Part shown: piece after piece, positions 39,747-40,965 of the stretch | Layout: each line of letters starts with the position of its first letter | Position numbering within the stretch: the stretch's first letter is position 1 | Virus record (IMG/VR): IMGVR_UViG_3300045988_118480 | Location: 1 to 40,965 of that record | Length of the DNA: 40,965 nt | DNA from: a virus | Strand: one strand, 5' to 3' | Made by a program: the position numbers and the translations under genes | Notes under the pieces: generated by a model | The model's input: the letters and a program-made list of their open reading frames with translations, nothing else | What the model was told of the DNA's origin: nothing | The model's database searches: none

Positions 39747-40530
39747 CCTTACGCCGCACCTCCTTGTATGTGCCGTCTGTGTTGATGAGGGTATACTCCT
39801 GCCATGCGTACCCCGTGACATCGTGTATGCCCTGGCGGACAAACTCGCCGCTGTCCTCATCCTTCAGCAGCGCCCAGCCCTTCGGCGCGCGGGGCTCCTT
39901 TGCCCAGTTGCCGGCCATGACGATCTCATATTCGGGCGTCGGCCTGACCATGCCCTGGGCCGCCGTGTACCGCTTGTATCTCGGCTTACCCGCTTCGGCC
40001 CATCGCTTTGCCGTGCTCTCGCTCTCTTTGAGCAGATATTCAGCCAGCTTGCGATGATCGGCGCGGTCGTCGAGGGGCTTGACCGACACGTTGCCGCCGC
40101 GATCACCCAGCACCTCTCGCCATACCGACGTCAGCACGGCCAGCTCGACCGGCGGCAAAAGGATATGATGGTGCACATTGGTCATGCGCTTTGTCTCGGT
40201 AACGGCGACATACTTCCAGGTCACGCCTGTCTTTGTCAGCCTCTTTTTGAGCGCGGACAAAAATGCCTTACGGTCGGCCTCGGCCTGTTCCAGCGTCACC
40301 GACTTGTCGTAGTAATGCAGGGTGATATGTAGGTCGCCCTCTCCAAAGTTGGCATTGATAAGCCATCGGAGGGTATCAGCCCTGCGGCGGTCATTGCATC
40401 GGCGCTGCCTATCCGTAAGGCTGCCCGATACCGCTCCCCTTGACGCCCCGACGGTATGCACCCGGCCGGTATACATCTTTTTGACCTCTGTTATCCTGCC
40501 GCACCTGACGGTACGCTTGACATATGGCAT
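39679..40530 (-). CDS. Replication initiator-like protein with an HUH-type motif (283 aa)
   Basis: GDLHITLHYYD..., KYVAVTETKRMTNVHHHILLPP (H-hydrophobic-H). Basic C-terminus. Confidence 0.55.
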   Translation of the reverse strand: MPYVKRTVRCGRITEVKKMYTGRVHTVGASRGAVSGSLTDRQRRCNDRRRADTLRWLINANFGEGDLHITLHYYDKSVTLEQAEADRKAFLSALKKRLTKTGVTWKYVAVTETKRMTNVHHHILLPPVELAVLTSVWREVLGDRGGNVSVKPLDDRADHRKLAEYLLKESESTAKRWAEAGKPRYKRYTAAQGMVRPTPEYEIVMAGNWAKEPRAPKGWALLKDEDSGEFVRQGIHDVTGYAWQEYTLINTDGTYKEVRRKVGRHNKGGRGRSDREPGAAAAV

Positions 40531-40632
40531 ATCCTGTCTCCATCCGTGACCGCTCGGCGGTCGTTGTCCCTCTCCCCATACTCCGGCAGAGCCATATTTA
40601 ATTAATAGCTCTTACCGGCGCTTTTTACCGGG

Positions 40633-40673
40633 CACGCCCGGCGATTTTTTCGCCCCGGCTCTTCGCCGGGGCG
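40633..40673. other. GC-rich hairpins in the rep-upstream intergenic region
   Basis: ccgggc-ac-gcccgg followed by T6, then cgccccggc-tcttc-gccggggcg. The second hairpin closely resembles the hicAB terminator stem at 1700..1720. Confidence 0.45.
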
Positions 40674-40699
40674 GTGGTTATATATTGTGTGTGCCTGTG

Positions 40700-40965
40700 C
40701 TATTTGTTGTTGGATGCTCGTTCCTCCACATAACACCAGCTCTGCGGCGGTCTATCAAGCACCCTTAACTCAAAGCTGTCTTGCCCCGTCCGTATTCCAG
40801 CAAACTCGCTCAAATCTTTGGGACTGTCATATATCACCAAGTCAGATATGCACCAGCCGATGGGATTACCCTTTGGCTGGTATTCTCTTAGCTCCTTTGG
40901 CGTCATACAAGCCTTTTCGAGGATTCCCGGTGTGGCGGCCTCTGCCTGTGCCCTTGTCTCACCAT
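40700..40965 (-). CDS. ASCH-domain protein, C-terminal part (continues from 1..339 across the junction; 40889..40965 duplicates 1..77)
   Basis: The ORF ...MTPKELREYQPKGNPIGWCISDLVIYD... is in frame with the manual translation of 19..339. Confidence 0.8.
   Translation of the reverse strand, partial: GETRAQAEAATPGILEKACMTPKELREYQPKGNPIGWCISDLVIYDSPKDLSEFAGIRTGQDSFELRVLDRPPQSWCYVEERASNNK
40889..40965. repeat. Terminal overlap, copy 2
   Basis: Identical to 1..77. Confidence 0.9.

Larger units (their letters stand above)
1..40965. mobile_element. Complete circular genome of a temperate tailed phage (siphovirus-like module order, integrase plus attP present)
   Basis: The ends overlap by 77 identical bp. 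A full set of terminase, portal, capsid, tail, lysis, integrase and repressor modules is present. One gene is continuous across the junction. Confidence 0.85.

Noticed and set aside
40651-40673. The GC hairpin upstream of rep as a rho-independent terminator
   Set aside because: The T-run precedes the stem on the plus strand (an A-run follows on the minus strand), so it fits neither orientation. I kept it only as a candidate origin or structural element.
1-40965. CRISPR array, DGR (reverse transcriptase plus template/variable repeats), retron, or rRNA/complete tRNA genes
   Set aside because: I found no regularly spaced short repeats, no reverse-transcriptase-like ORF (YxDD), and no template/variable repeat pair near the fibre or C1q-like genes. 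The only repeats seen are the ssb duplication, the operator and arm-type repeats, and the terminal overlap.

Overview
The window is a complete, circularly closed genome of about 40.9 kb from a temperate siphovirus-like phage. Its first 77 bp are identical to its last 77 bp, and an ASCH-domain gene is split by the window edge. SD-type ribosome-binding sites, sigma70-like promoters, SLH-like wall-binding repeats and Clostridia-type holin and structural families point to a Firmicutes/Clostridia host, and G+C looks high by eye. Almost all genes lie on the minus strand. Read in the minus direction the order is as follows. (1) HUH-type Rep and VRR-NUC. (2) An inverted plus-strand three-gene operon. 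(3) A ParB-N6/N4 methyltransferase. (4) TerS, TerL, portal and a MuF/gp7-type protein with an extra C-terminal domain plus a small partner gene. (5) Scaffold, capsid, connectors, tail tube, chaperones, tape measure, tail tip and fibre. (6) A lysis block: S8-like peptidase, small membrane protein, holin, cysteine-peptidase endolysin. (7) A post-lysis accessory region that includes an inverted HNH homing endonuclease. (8) A two-gene moron. (9) attP, containing the 3' half of a tRNA-Pro(GGG)-like sequence. (10) Tyrosine integrase (plus strand). (11) A cI-like/cro-like switch, with cI co-transcribed with a membrane-anchored Mrr-type nuclease. (12) Early genes: Dam-like MTase, small Zn/Cys proteins, DUF3846-like and DUF551-like proteins, SSB, a C5-MTase. 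(13) A hicAB cassette. The candidates most worth follow-up are listed here. (a) The MuF-fused, low-GC C-terminal domain with an HG...C motif, together with its ATGA-coupled partner gene. (b) An operator-controlled operon encoding an acidic protein, an HTH protein and a 357-aa unknown, which resembles an acr/aca (anti-defence) unit. (c) An apparently circularly permuted C5-methyltransferase with several TRD-like modules. (d) The lysogeny-expressed TM-Mrr nuclease. (e) A G8 homopolymer that splits the ParB-methyltransferase. All functional names come from motif recognition by eye. No database search was run.
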